A stretch of 64,000 nucleotides of DNA, from positions 128,001 to 192,000 of the forward strand of contig OY970325.1 in the NCBI GenBank assembly GCA_963717145.1, in the 5' to 3' direction. Shown here piece after piece: positions 20,617-30,650 of this stretch. Numbering within the stretch: the stretch's first letter is position 1; each line of letters opens with the position of its first letter. The notes under the pieces are model-generated. The model was not told where the DNA came from. It did no database searches and saw only the letters and a list, made by a program, of their open reading frames with translations. The DNA is from an uncultured Armatimonadetes bacterium. Its GTDB lineage: Bacteria > Armatimonadota > UBA5829 > DTJY01. The position numbers and the translations under genes were made by a program.

Positions 20617-21558
20617 CTAGATACTCAGGCCGATTCCCTCATCGAGGCCGAGCATGAGGTTCATACACTGAATCGCCGCCCCGGATGCGCCCTTGCCCAG
20701 GTTATCGATTCGGGTAATGAGGAGGATTCGGTCATCCCCGCCGAAGACGAAGACATCCGCCCGGTTGGTGTTGTTGCATCCCTCGACGTTGAAGAAGCCG
20801 CCCCCGGTGTTCGCATCAAGGTCGAACGGCATAACTCGAACGAACCGCTCGCCGGCATAGTAGTCGGCCAGGAACTCGTGGATCTCCGCCGCCGACTTCC
20901 CGCCGGTGAGTCGGGGTGCGAGTGGGATCGATACCGCCATGCCCCGGTAGAAATTGCCGACGATGGGCATAAACACCGGCTCGAACTGCAGACCGGAGTG
21001 TTTGCGTATCTCGGGGAGATGCTTGTGGGTCAATCCCAGCGCGTAGGGAGTTGGACTCACCAGAATCTGCCCAAGTTGCCGGTATTTCTCGATGAGATTC
21101 CTGCCGCCGCCGCTGTATCCGGTGATGGAGGCAATCGAGACAGGATAGTCTTTCGGCAGGATGCCTTCGCGGACAAGCGGATGGAGTGCGAGTATCGCAC
21201 CCGTGGCGTGGCATCCCGGGACGGAAACCCTCTTCGACTTGGCGATCAACTCTCGCTGGCCCGGATTGAGTTCCGGGAGGCCGTAGGTCCACTCAGGATC
21301 GACTCTGTAGGCTGTGCTGGCGTCGATCAGGCGAGTGTTCTCGTTGGTGACGAGCGACACCGATTCCCTGGACGCGAAGTCAGGGAGGCACAGGAATGCA
21401 ATATCCGCCTGATTCAGCCAGATTCTGCGCTCCTGTGGATCCTCGCACTTCTCCGGGTCTGCCCTGAGCAACTCGAGATCCGACCGTTTTTCCAGATAGT
21501 CACCAACTTCGAGACCGGTCGTGCCGTCCAGACCGTCTACGAATATCCTGTATTTCAT
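20617..21558 (-). CDS. argC: N-acetyl-gamma-glutamyl-phosphate reductase, type 2
   Basis: FVDG..GTTGL, FLCLPD, IDASTA, PGCHATG, GYSGGG, DNLGKGASGAA. Confidence 0.93.
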   Translation of the reverse strand: MKYRIFVDGLDGTTGLEVGDYLEKRSDLELLRADPEKCEDPQERRIWLNQADIAFLCLPDFASRESVSLVTNENTRLIDASTAYRVDPEWTYGLPELNPGQRELIAKSKRVSVPGCHATGAILALHPLVREGILPKDYPVSIASITGYSGGGRNLIEKYRQLGQILVSPTPYALGLTHKHLPEIRKHSGLQFEPVFMPIVGNFYRGMAVSIPLAPRLTGGKSAAEIHEFLADYYAGERFVRVMPFDLDANTGGGFFNVEGCNNTNRADVFVFGGDDRILLITRIDNLGKGASGAAIQCMNLMLGLDEGIGLSI

Positions 21559-21652
21559 CAAAGCCCCCCAAGTGCAGTCGTTCGTTACACAATCATATCC
21601 GTGCGAGGTTGGTAACGTCAAGCCGCATAGCCGGCAGTCGCACTGCGGGCGG

Positions 21653-22801
21653 TCAGAAATCGGCCTCCATCTCGATCAGAAGCTGATTCGCCCCACCGTC
21701 GCGGAATCGGTACTGCCCGGTGAACTTGGTGTTCTGACCGGAGACGCGCGCCACACCAAGGCAGTACTCACTCGCCGTGTCGCCGGATTCGGCAGTATCG
21801 GGATCGAAGGAATCCCACCTGGCAAACGCGGCCGTCGAGGGGTTGACGAAGTAGTTGCCCTCGATGAAGAGCCCCCTGCAATCCTGGGAGACGCCGTCTC
21901 CCTTGGGGTTGTCATGCTTGCCGGTCATGAATCCGCCGAATAGCTTGTGGTTCCCCTTGAGTCTCGTGTGATCGACCTGGAGCAGGAGGCGGCTGAAGTC
22001 ATCATCATACGAGCCGCCGCCGGTGAGAGACGAGGTCATCCTGCCTGTATAGGCGTAGATCCCCAGAGAGTTGCTCCCACCGAGCCAGTTTCCCGTGAGC
22101 GCCTGGTTGATGGAGAGCGCGATGTCCTTGGAGTTATTGCTGTCGGACAGGTTGTTCTTCTCGGCCGGGTTGCCGTTGCCGTTGACCAGCGAGATGCCGT
22201 AGTAGCTGTCCCCTTTCCCGTAGGCGAACAGCTCGACTCCGCGCTGGGGGGTTCGGAGCCGCCAGCCGTTGATCCGGGAGTCATAGACGAGGTTCCGGGT
22301 GACGCTGATCCGCTGGCCGTCGGAGTTCAGCAGGGATGGCTGGAACTGGCCGGCGCGGATGCTCAGAGGCATCTTCCCCAGCTTCAGGACGTCACTGCTC
22401 TGTATGAAGACGTCTCCCGCCTCATGTGGAGCCCCCCGTTCTTCGATATAGGCTTCCACGAAGACCGAGGTCTTACCGGAGAGTGCCCCGCCTGCGAGCA
22501 GCTCGATCTTGTGAAGCTGGAAATCCGACCCGCGCGCTTCGTTCTCGCTCACCATCCAGGTTTCGACCGCCAGGCCGATCATCGAGCCGACATCAGCCTT
22601 GGGGTCGGTCTCCCCCGGCATCTTGTAGTTGTTTGCGAGAAAAGTGCTTCCGAAGCTGTTGAGCTGTGGCCAGACGGTGTGACAGGTTGCGCAACTGACT
22701 CCATATCGTCGGGCGAACGGGGCGATGGCATGCGCCGGGCTTCCCATGACGGATACCCCGATCGATGCCAGGACGATGAATAACCAGGATCTCTTTGACA
22801 T
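21653..22801 (-). CDS. Putative outer-membrane beta-barrel with an N-terminal c-type heme motif
   Basis: Signal peptide, A.PFARRYGVSCATCH..P.LN.FG, amphipathic strands, C-terminal Phe. Confidence 0.75.
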   Translation of the reverse strand: MSKRSWLFIVLASIGVSVMGSPAHAIAPFARRYGVSCATCHTVWPQLNSFGSTFLANNYKMPGETDPKADVGSMIGLAVETWMVSENEARGSDFQLHKIELLAGGALSGKTSVFVEAYIEERGAPHEAGDVFIQSSDVLKLGKMPLSIRAGQFQPSLLNSDGQRISVTRNLVYDSRINGWRLRTPQRGVELFAYGKGDSYYGISLVNGNGNPAEKNNLSDSNNSKDIALSINQALTGNWLGGSNSLGIYAYTGRMTSSLTGGGSYDDDFSRLLLQVDHTRLKGNHKLFGGFMTGKHDNPKGDGVSQDCRGLFIEGNYFVNPSTAAFARWDSFDPDTAESGDTASEYCLGVARVSGQNTKFTGQYRFRDGGANQLLIEMEADF

Positions 22802-22858
22802 TCCAATTCCTCTCAGGGTGCGTAGTACTAGAGACTGCGACTCAGTCTCAATTACCGC

Positions 22859-22887
22859 AGTATACCATTGGACGGACGCCTTGTCAA
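22859..22887 (-). promoter_or_regulatory. sigma70-type promoter TTGACA-N17-TATACT
   Basis: Near-consensus boxes upstream of the 22801 start. Confidence 0.65.
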
Positions 22888-22899
22888 CGGTGATATCGA

Positions 22900-23033
22900 G
22901 AAGGTGTTCACGATCCGTGATAGCGGCTGTCATTCTGAACGGAGTGAAGAATCTGTCTGCGCACGGCCAGATTCTTCACTCCGTTCAGAATGACAGCCGG
23001 TGGGTCGCACTATCAACGATCGTGAGCGCATAC
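22900..23033 (+). mobile_element. 134-bp MITE with IS66-type ends carrying a REP hairpin
   Basis: Ends resemble the IRs of the IS66 at 49849-51325; 8-bp direct repeat GATATCGA at 22892-22899 and 23034-23041; internal GGCTGTCATTCTGAACGGAGTGAAGAATCT palindrome. Confidence 0.82.
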
Positions 23034-23155
23034 GATATCGATTGTCGGGTTCGTCGGTTCGCTGTGCGGGCTCACGGGTAGAACTGAGTTGTCGGCTGAT
23101 CAGTTCGGACAACTCGTGACTGGTCGCTGTGAGAGTCCAACCGACGAAAGGAGTC

Positions 23156-23422
23156 ATGAAGATGACTGAGAGACCATGGATGGTGATAGTCAGGATACTA
23201 GTCGCTGCAGTCTTTGTGGCGCTATTGCTCGTTCTGTTGAGCGTCAGCACGGTCAACGCGGATACTGTCGGATCACCTGCCATCGAGCGCACCACGGAGG
23301 CCGTCGAATTCCGGACGGCCATGCGCGAGCTTTGGGAGGATCATGTCTTCTACACGCGGATGGCCATAATAAGCGTCTTCGGAGACCAGAAAGACTTGAC
23401 CCCGACCCTATTTCGGCCTTGA
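23156..23422 (+). pseudogene. Probable 5' fragment of a secreted protein
   Basis: RBS and signal peptide, then MRELWEDHVFYTR; ends abruptly overlapping the convergent gene. Confidence 0.5.
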
Positions 23423-24592
23423 CTGGATCGTCGGATTGCTCCTCGGCGGGTACAGGAACGGCTTGATGTCCCGTTCGCGTGGGCCGGGGATGATCTCTCC
23501 GGTCGCAATGTCCACCGTATACGCAGCGGGCTTTGAGCCCTTGTCGCCCCATACGAAGGCATATCGACCTCCGATGAAGTCCTGCCCACGCATCGTGAAG
23601 TCTTCGATTCGCGCGATCAACGTCTCATCTCCCGTGAACCAGACAGTCGCAATCTTCACGGCCGGTTTGCCGTTCCCGGTGACCTGCTCTATTACCAGCG
23701 ACTCGCTCTTGCTGAGCATGTAGTCCGGCCCGGGGAAGAGGTGGTAGGCGACCTCTTTCCACTCCGGCTTCTCGGCCTTTGGGGCGATCTCGAAGCCTGT
23801 CGTCCGCTCGCCCTTCTTAGCGAGAATCATCAGATCGTCGCCCGACCATGCGATCCGCTCGGGGGAGATTCCGTCCGGCAAAGGCAGGACTTGCCGGTCT
23901 TTGCTCTTCCGATCGATTCGGCCGATGGTCACATTCCATCCTGACCCCAGACCGGGCATGACGAATCCGGCCCACTGCTTCCCGTCTCCACTGATCGCCG
24001 CGTCGCCGAAAGCAAGTGCGGAATGAAGGGTCACGGCCTTCGATTTGCCGTCCGCCTTCACATAGAGTAGATCGCAGCCGGAACGCGATGTCCGCCGTGT
24101 GAATATGACCATACCCTTCTCCTGAGGGTAATATCCGTCCACGCCTGACGCCACTCGGACGCTGTTCGTTCCCAGCAGCGAGCACTGGTAGAGATCGCCG
24201 TTCATATTCGGCTCGTTGGGTGCACGTTTGAGGTAGAGCAGGGAACAGGACCATGCGGAGGCCGGTCCGCCATATCTGAACGTCTTCGCACTCGCGGTGT
24301 AGAGATACCGGGTACCCTTTGCCTCCAGGATGACCTTGAATCCCGGTGTCAGCACCTGGGCATACATCTTGCCGCTCTCCGGCATCCCCAGCGATGCGTC
24401 CGGCCAGGTGGTAGGCATCGCTTCGATGACCTTGATATCGCGCGCCTGCATTTCAAACCTCTTCGCCAGATCGGCTTTGCACTTCGTCACGATCGGAGCG
24501 TTAACCGGCTTACCAACCGGCGCAGATTCGCTCGCCTGTGTAAGACAGCCGGCAAGGGCAAATGCCATGATGCCTGCGAGAATGTATCTCAT
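23408..24592 (-). CDS. Secreted/lipoprotein hypothetical protein, possibly beta-propeller
   Basis: Lipobox-like LAGC; WPDASLG.P..G.MYAQV.TPG motif. Confidence 0.7.
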   Translation of the reverse strand: MRYILAGIMAFALAGCLTQASESAPVGKPVNAPIVTKCKADLAKRFEMQARDIKVIEAMPTTWPDASLGMPESGKMYAQVLTPGFKVILEAKGTRYLYTASAKTFRYGGPASAWSCSLLYLKRAPNEPNMNGDLYQCSLLGTNSVRVASGVDGYYPQEKGMVIFTRRTSRSGCDLLYVKADGKSKAVTLHSALAFGDAAISGDGKQWAGFVMPGLGSGWNVTIGRIDRKSKDRQVLPLPDGISPERIAWSGDDLMILAKKGERTTGFEIAPKAEKPEWKEVAYHLFPGPDYMLSKSESLVIEQVTGNGKPAVKIATVWFTGDETLIARIEDFTMRGQDFIGGRYAFVWGDKGSKPAAYTVDIATGEIIPGPRERDIKPFLYPPRSNPTIQSRPK

Positions 24593-24844
24593 TGTGATTC
24601 CTCCTACCGTAGTATTGGCGCAGACTCGGCGTCCGCCGGCCGAACAAGCGCTTCCGTATACCTTTGATCCCAAAGATAACGCTGAGCTTCATTCCTAACG
24701 ATTCCACGACCAACAGTCAGCCTCCTCTGGGGAAGACATGAAAAGGGGACAGACACCTTTGATCGGATCAAAAACGCGTCTGTCCCCTTGGAGATCAAAG
24801 AAGTCCGTCGTCAGCGCGTTGCTGACGACGGCTTCGTCTGCATG

Positions 24845-27800
24845 CTATGGTGTTAGCACGCTGGCCGGGAGCGACCATCCGGAGGGACCTCCGGAGTTGT
24901 TCGCTCTGACCTGATAGTAATAGGTCACACCTCGCGATGTGGTCTGACTGTACGTCGTCGTGTTTGCTCCGACGTTGTACGAAGTGGCTCCCGTAAACGC
25001 CGCGTTTGTGGCGCGCTGTATCGTGAAGCCGGTCTCGTTGTTCGAGTTGTCCACCCAGTTGAGCCTCACAGTGTCCTGGCTGGAACTGCGCGTGTTCCTC
25101 GTAGCCGTCGCTGTCAGACCTGACGGAGGATTCGGAGGAGCCACGACGTTCACGGTGACTTGGTTCGTGTAAGCCGAACCCGCCAGACCGTTCATGGCTC
25201 TCACCCGGTAGACATAGCTGTTACCTATCGCTACCGCGGTGTCCGTGAAGTTCGTCGTGCCGGTGTTTGCTCGCGGTCCCGGCGACGCGATCGTGACGAA
25301 AGCACCGCCGTTGTCGGCGCGTTCGACCTCGAAGCCGGTTTCATTGGTGGCATTGTCCCTCCACGCAAGGAGGACCTGCGGACCGGCCTGCAGAGTCGCA
25401 GCCAGAGTAGTCGGGGCCGTCGGCGGCGCCGGACCCGCGCTCAATGTCACGGTGTTCGACGTCCTGCTGCCGGCAGCGTTGTAAGCGACGATGCGGTAAC
25501 GGTACCACTGGCCCGGCGTGACCGATGTGTCGTCAAAGGTCGTCCAGTTGGCGAGAGCCTTACCGATATCGGTGAAGGTCCCGCCGGATGTGCCTGGAGC
25601 CCGCTGGACAGTGAATCCGATCTCATTCGCCGGATTGCCGAGGGTGGAAGTGGGCAACCCGGTAGTGTAATCGAACGGTGTCGTATCAGTCCAAGTGAGG
25701 GTGCATTGGGTCTGCGTCCCCACGGCACTCATATTGAATGCGGCCGGCAATGTGCTCGGAACTCTGAACACGATCGGCCGCATCATGTCGTTCTCTTCGT
25801 GCCCCAGCAGGTGGCAGTGCCACACGTATTCCCAACCGAAGTCGGTCGGCACGTTGGTGATCTGGGCTACAGCCGGCACTCCTATTGGTGGCAGCACGGG
25901 TTGGAAGTGCCCTATCGAACCCGCCGGCATAGTCGGGTCAAGTAGTCGGACACTGTTGGGGATCCCGAACGGGAGTCTCATCGCCGACACTTTCGGGCGC
26001 AGTGCGAAGATGATGTCCTCGAACGGGTTCGTCCTGATAGTCTCCTTCCAGCCCAGTTCCTCTGGGTAGGGTGGCGATATCGTGTTGGTCCAGTCGACCC
26101 GGTTGATCACCTGCACCTCGAAGAGATGGAAGTGGACGGCGTGCGAGTCGACTCCTATGTGCGTGAGACGCCACAGGCGCAACTCGTCGGGGTTCAGTAT
26201 CTCCGTCGGCGGATCGATATAGAAGGACATGCCTGGTACGGGACCCGCGCCTACAGTGGGTGTCAAGACGTTTGGAATCGAGCCGAGCACTGCGTTCATG
26301 CGCCCGAACTCCATATCCATACCCTCGACGATGGCCTTGCCGTCCAGCACCATGTCTCCCTGGAGCATGGCAATGGCTTTGGCCCCGCTTCCGCCTCCGC
26401 CCGTCAGATAGATATGAGGGGCCTTGGTATACATGCCCGGATTCTGGATCACGAGAGATCCCACTGTGCCGAGCGAGAGGTTGGCTAAGGCCGTCGCGCC
26501 CGTGCCGCCGCCACCGTTCAGGGTGATGATGGGGGCCGTGGTGTAGTTCGACCCCAGATTGGTCATCACGATGGCGGTGACAACTCCGCCTGATACGATC
26601 GCCTGCGCAGCCGCACCAGTGCCGCCGCCGCCTGAGAACTGAACGGCCGGGGCCGAGACGTAGTTGGCGCCACCGGCTGTCAGCGTGGCGCCTGAAATGC
26701 CGTTAAGCGTTGCAACGGCCACGGCCGGAGTGATCACTGTGCCCGGTGAGCCATAGAAGGTGACCTTGGGAGGCGTGATGTAGCCGACGCCGGGCAACTC
26801 AGTCATGATCCTTGAAATGGGCTTAGCCTGTCCGGATATGTTCAGCGTCTCATCGGCGACTGCCGCATAGATGCCGGCGGGCACGGGGTGCGGATCCTGT
26901 CCGGCCGCAAAGGCCTGCGGCAGGGCCGTCCCCAGCGTGCCGAAGTTGGCAGGCGCCGGCAATGTCCCCTTGATCCGGATCTGCATCACAGTTCGGGTAT
27001 TCGGACCGTAGCCCGGCGGGATCTGGGGTACGCCGCCCTTGAAGAGCCGGTCACCCGGATCGTTAGTGAAGATGTCATACCGCGCATCATACAGGGGTAT
27101 GGGCGCGGGGGCATCGTTGTAGAGGATGAGCGTGTCGCCGTCGTTATAGCCCCTCAAGTCCACGAGCACGTCCGCGCGGACGGCCGGAGGCAGGAAGAGA
27201 GCGACGTTGCTGACGCTCCCGAAGGTAGCACTTGTCCTATCATAGTCATAGTTAAGCGCCTGCGCCGGTATCACCGCGACCTGCTCCAGGAAGCCGCCCT
27301 CGTTTCCGATCTGGAGCATGTCCGGTCCCGCGGTCAGCGGATCGGGCACTCCACCGTCTCTGCCGTCACGCGGCCAATCCGGGAAGTCGTTTCTTGGGGC
27401 CGCAGGCACCATCTTGACCTCCGTGCCCCAGGAGTAAGGTCCATCGGAGATGGCAAAGTAGTCTGGGTCACTAGTGTCCGAGAGAGCCTCGTACAACTGC
27501 AGGTTCAGCATGCGGTCGTTGCACGCGTTCAGGATGCGGAGGCGGACGACCGTGGCCGGCAGTTCCACATAGGGGAACGGGGTACCGTTGACCACCGGGG
27601 TATCCATGAAGGCCTCCGGGACGTGGCTCGGGCTAGGCAGAACGTCCACCATCGGGAACATCGGCGGCATGATCCAGGGCCCGTAATCCCATCTGCCCAT
27701 CGGCCAGAAGCCGGTCCCATCGAACATGTTCTCGTTCGGCAGGTACTCGTGAGGGAACCACAGGTCACCCTTCGAACTGCCTTGTATGTGCTTGTACCAG

Positions 27801-28993
27801 AGAGGGTCAACCTCGAATGTCGACTTGGTGGGCGTGTAGGTCCCCACCGGGAAGCCCGGAGACAGCGTCCCGTCGTTAACGAAGGACTTGTCCTGAATGA
27901 CCAACGGGATTCCATAGCGGTATGGATCTCCAATGTTGGGCAGGACTTCACTATTGATCAGGTTCTCCTCGGCCTGGTCGGTCAGTACGAATCCCGCCGC
28001 CTCGCCGCAATAGACGTTCAGACGGGTGATGCCGTACGCGTGGTCGTGATAGAACATCAAACGGGCTGACTGCCCGTTGGTCCAGTAGAAGTTCATCGCG
28101 CCCGGGCCGGGATCCGGCATATCCGGGACGTTCGTGGTAGCCACGCCTTTGGGATAGGCGGTCATCTCCATCGCCGGCGCGGTCCATTGATGTGGTGTTC
28201 CGTCGCTGATCCACGGGCTCAGTCCGCCGTGCAGGTGCAAGGTGGCACGGTTCTGGGTGTAGGGCTCCATCATGTTCGGCATTCCGGGCATCGCCAACGG
28301 GCCCATTCCTGATCCCATGATGGTAGTGTCAACAGGTATGAATAAGTTCCCTCCGGCGCCGTCGGGAAGCATGTTGACGAACTTCACGCGGACTGGCCGG
28401 TCTCTCTGGGCGACGATCACCGGCCCCAGATAGTGCGGTACCGGATCTCCGCCATTGAGTTGCACGTAACCGCGCAGCTTAGTGCCGCCGGTCGCGTTGG
28501 GATCCATCTTGTCGCCGACGACTTCGGGAAGGTCGGAGTGCATCTGCTCGCGGTATTGGACGACCGCGATCTCGTAGTAATCGGACCCAGGATAGGTGTC
28601 CTTATCCGCTACGGCTATCGGGATGTACTGCCCGAGGTTGTTGTGGGCCGCTGCGGTTAAGCCCGGCAGGCCGTCCACGAACTTCCTCAGGTTCGGACTG
28701 TACGACCAGTTTGGCTTGGTGATATCGACATCAGGGTGGATTCCCTGAGGAGGCTGAGTCATCACGAGAGGCGCCATCAGCACTTGTGCAGCGGTCTTCT
28801 GCTGAGGCTTCTGCAGGTCCTGCCATGCTTTGAGACGCTGATTGGCCTCTTGCCTCCTCTGGGCAGCAGGTTTCATCGTCTCCTCGCGCATCAATTGCGT
28901 GTTTGCTGTCGACTGGGCACAACCCTGGCTAATCCCCCAGGCCAGGATGATGAGCACCAGTCCAAGCCGCACCATCCATCTGCGCGTGTTCAT
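24845..28993 (-). CDS. Large secreted multicopper oxidase with three C-terminal FN3 domains
   Basis: HLHGG, FYHDH, HAVHFH, WHCHLLGHEENDMM; W.DN..NETGF..R FN3 repeats. Confidence 0.9.
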   Translation of the reverse strand: MNTRRWMVRLGLVLIILAWGISQGCAQSTANTQLMREETMKPAAQRRQEANQRLKAWQDLQKPQQKTAAQVLMAPLVMTQPPQGIHPDVDITKPNWSYSPNLRKFVDGLPGLTAAAHNNLGQYIPIAVADKDTYPGSDYYEIAVVQYREQMHSDLPEVVGDKMDPNATGGTKLRGYVQLNGGDPVPHYLGPVIVAQRDRPVRVKFVNMLPDGAGGNLFIPVDTTIMGSGMGPLAMPGMPNMMEPYTQNRATLHLHGGLSPWISDGTPHQWTAPAMEMTAYPKGVATTNVPDMPDPGPGAMNFYWTNGQSARLMFYHDHAYGITRLNVYCGEAAGFVLTDQAEENLINSEVLPNIGDPYRYGIPLVIQDKSFVNDGTLSPGFPVGTYTPTKSTFEVDPLWYKHIQGSSKGDLWFPHEYLPNENMFDGTGFWPMGRWDYGPWIMPPMFPMVDVLPSPSHVPEAFMDTPVVNGTPFPYVELPATVVRLRILNACNDRMLNLQLYEALSDTSDPDYFAISDGPYSWGTEVKMVPAAPRNDFPDWPRDGRDGGVPDPLTAGPDMLQIGNEGGFLEQVAVIPAQALNYDYDRTSATFGSVSNVALFLPPAVRADVLVDLRGYNDGDTLILYNDAPAPIPLYDARYDIFTNDPGDRLFKGGVPQIPPGYGPNTRTVMQIRIKGTLPAPANFGTLGTALPQAFAAGQDPHPVPAGIYAAVADETLNISGQAKPISRIMTELPGVGYITPPKVTFYGSPGTVITPAVAVATLNGISGATLTAGGANYVSAPAVQFSGGGGTGAAAQAIVSGGVVTAIVMTNLGSNYTTAPIITLNGGGGTGATALANLSLGTVGSLVIQNPGMYTKAPHIYLTGGGGSGAKAIAMLQGDMVLDGKAIVEGMDMEFGRMNAVLGSIPNVLTPTVGAGPVPGMSFYIDPPTEILNPDELRLWRLTHIGVDSHAVHFHLFEVQVINRVDWTNTISPPYPEELGWKETIRTNPFEDIIFALRPKVSAMRLPFGIPNSVRLLDPTMPAGSIGHFQPVLPPIGVPAVAQITNVPTDFGWEYVWHCHLLGHEENDMMRPIVFRVPSTLPAAFNMSAVGTQTQCTLTWTDTTPFDYTTGLPTSTLGNPANEIGFTVQRAPGTSGGTFTDIGKALANWTTFDDTSVTPGQWYRYRIVAYNAAGSRTSNTVTLSAGPAPPTAPTTLAATLQAGPQVLLAWRDNATNETGFEVERADNGGAFVTIASPGPRANTGTTNFTDTAVAIGNSYVYRVRAMNGLAGSAYTNQVTVNVVAPPNPPSGLTATATRNTRSSSQDTVRLNWVDNSNNETGFTIQRATNAAFTGATSYNVGANTTTYSQTTSRGVTYYYQVRANNSGGPSGWSLPASVLTP

Positions 28994-29329
28994 TCGGGTG
29001 TCTCCTTTCAATAACGGTCCCGCGTCGACCATCTCGCGGCAACGCATTCGCTCCTCTGCACGAGTCTCTGCGGAAAGCGGGGCGGTTCGAAACGTGTGCT
29101 CTTCGATCTGATCGGCTGGGCCTTTGCGAATTTCACCCCCCGTTTACCCTTAGGGAGCGCGTTCCTAAACGCCCACAAAAAGCGATCTTTCAGACAGCGG
29201 CTATTGGTTAAGGCCATACATGTCTGCAAGACGATCTAGCAAGCGATGAGCACACATGTGAGGGTAAAATCGAGGATCGATGGGATGATAGCAGGAGGTA
29301 AAGCCAACGGCAGTATCGAAAAGAAATAC

Positions 29330-30304
29330 ATGCTGCCGAGAGAACGGGTCATCGAAACGATCGAGCATCGCAGGCCGGACCGCGTGCCGGTCTACGCATG
29401 GGTCCGCGCCAACCTGGAGGCGCAGATTACCGAGGCGTTCGGTTCAGTGGAGGCGTTCGAGGACCGGTACGAGTTCGACTTCGCCCATCTCTTCGGCGGC
29501 CCGGGGACCTATGACTCGAAGGCGATCCAGGCGCTCAGAGACGCATCCGGCGGAATGATCGAGCCGCCTGCCCTGCTCGATGTGCATCCCATTCCCCCGG
29601 ACGACCTGTCGGCGTACCAGGGGATCGTGGACGGCATCCGGCATCACAAGCAGGAGCGCGGGCGGTTTGTCTATGTGCAGACGCCCGGCTTCTTCGAGGC
29701 GATGAACGGAATCTTCGGCATCGAGAATCACCTCGCCTACCTGCTCCTCTATCCTGAGGAACTGCACGAGATCTACTCGCGCCAGGCCGAGTGGAACACC
29801 CGGTTCGCGATGAACTGCCTCGATCTCGGCGTCGATATGGTGCACGTCTCAGACGACTGGGGCGCTCAGAACTCGCTCATGTTCAGCCCGGAGGTCTGGC
29901 GGAACCTCATCTTCCCATACCACAAGCGGGTCGTCGATGTTGTGAAGAGCCGGGGCGCATATGTCAGCCTCCACACCGATGGCAACAACATGTCGGTGCT
30001 CGATGGGATCGTGGAGATCGGCTACGACGTGGTGCATCCGTTCCAGGAGTCGGCGGGGATGGACTACGGTGTCTACCGGTCGCGTTACATGGACAAGTTC
30101 ACGGTGATGGGCGGGCTCGACATCCAGACGACGATCGGCTTCGGGAAACTCGACCGGCTTCAGTCCGAGATCGAGCGGATGCTCACGATGTTCAAGGACG
30201 GCGGCCTGCTCTTCTGCACCACGCACTTCATCCAGGACCACTGCACAATCGAGGAACTGACCTTCGCCTTCGACTTCATCCACGACTTCGTGAGAAACTG
30301 CTAG
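29330..30304 (+). CDS. Uroporphyrinogen decarboxylase-family protein
   Basis: RERV..PDRVP, SDDWG.Q, LHTDGN, HPFQ, GGLDIQ. Confidence 0.85.
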   Translation: MLPRERVIETIEHRRPDRVPVYAWVRANLEAQITEAFGSVEAFEDRYEFDFAHLFGGPGTYDSKAIQALRDASGGMIEPPALLDVHPIPPDDLSAYQGIVDGIRHHKQERGRFVYVQTPGFFEAMNGIFGIENHLAYLLLYPEELHEIYSRQAEWNTRFAMNCLDLGVDMVHVSDDWGAQNSLMFSPEVWRNLIFPYHKRVVDVVKSRGAYVSLHTDGNNMSVLDGIVEIGYDVVHPFQESAGMDYGVYRSRYMDKFTVMGGLDIQTTIGFGKLDRLQSEIERMLTMFKDGGLLFCTTHFIQDHCTIEELTFAFDFIHDFVRNC

Positions 30305-30311
30305 GGCCGAG

Positions 30312-30650
30312 TCAGAGGGCATGGCCGAACGAGTGCACGACGTAGTACGCTACTACTACCAGGCAGCCCGCTATCACGGAAGCTACGAATACGACCAACA
30401 GCGTTCCGCCGCTGATCTTTCGGGCAGCTCTGGAGTTGGAGAGGATCACCCCTAGAGTGACGTATGTGACTAGCACGATGACCGCATGGGTTATCCAGTG
30501 GTGGCCGGTAAGGCCCTTCATCCAGGTCTTGATCCCAGCGTCTGATTCCTTCAATATCACAAGCAACGAGTTCAGCAACACGGTGATCGCAAGCGCAAGC
30601 CCGAATCCGGTGGCATGCCCGGCAACGGGTCTGTTCCCAGTGCTGCTCAT
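30312..30650 (-). CDS. Small 3-TM membrane protein
   Basis: Hydrophobic helices, GHHWITH motif, start overlaps upstream stop. Confidence 0.65.
   Translation of the reverse strand: MSSTGNRPVAGHATGFGLALAITVLLNSLLVILKESDAGIKTWMKGLTGHHWITHAVIVLVTYVTLGVILSNSRAARKISGGTLLVVFVASVIAGCLVVVAYYVVHSFGHAL

Noticed and set aside
29105-29155. c-di-GMP-I riboswitch-like words (GGTAAAC..GAAA..GCAAAG) upstream of the multicopper oxidase
   Set aside because: The P2 stem cannot form as sequenced; needs an Infernal/Rfam test
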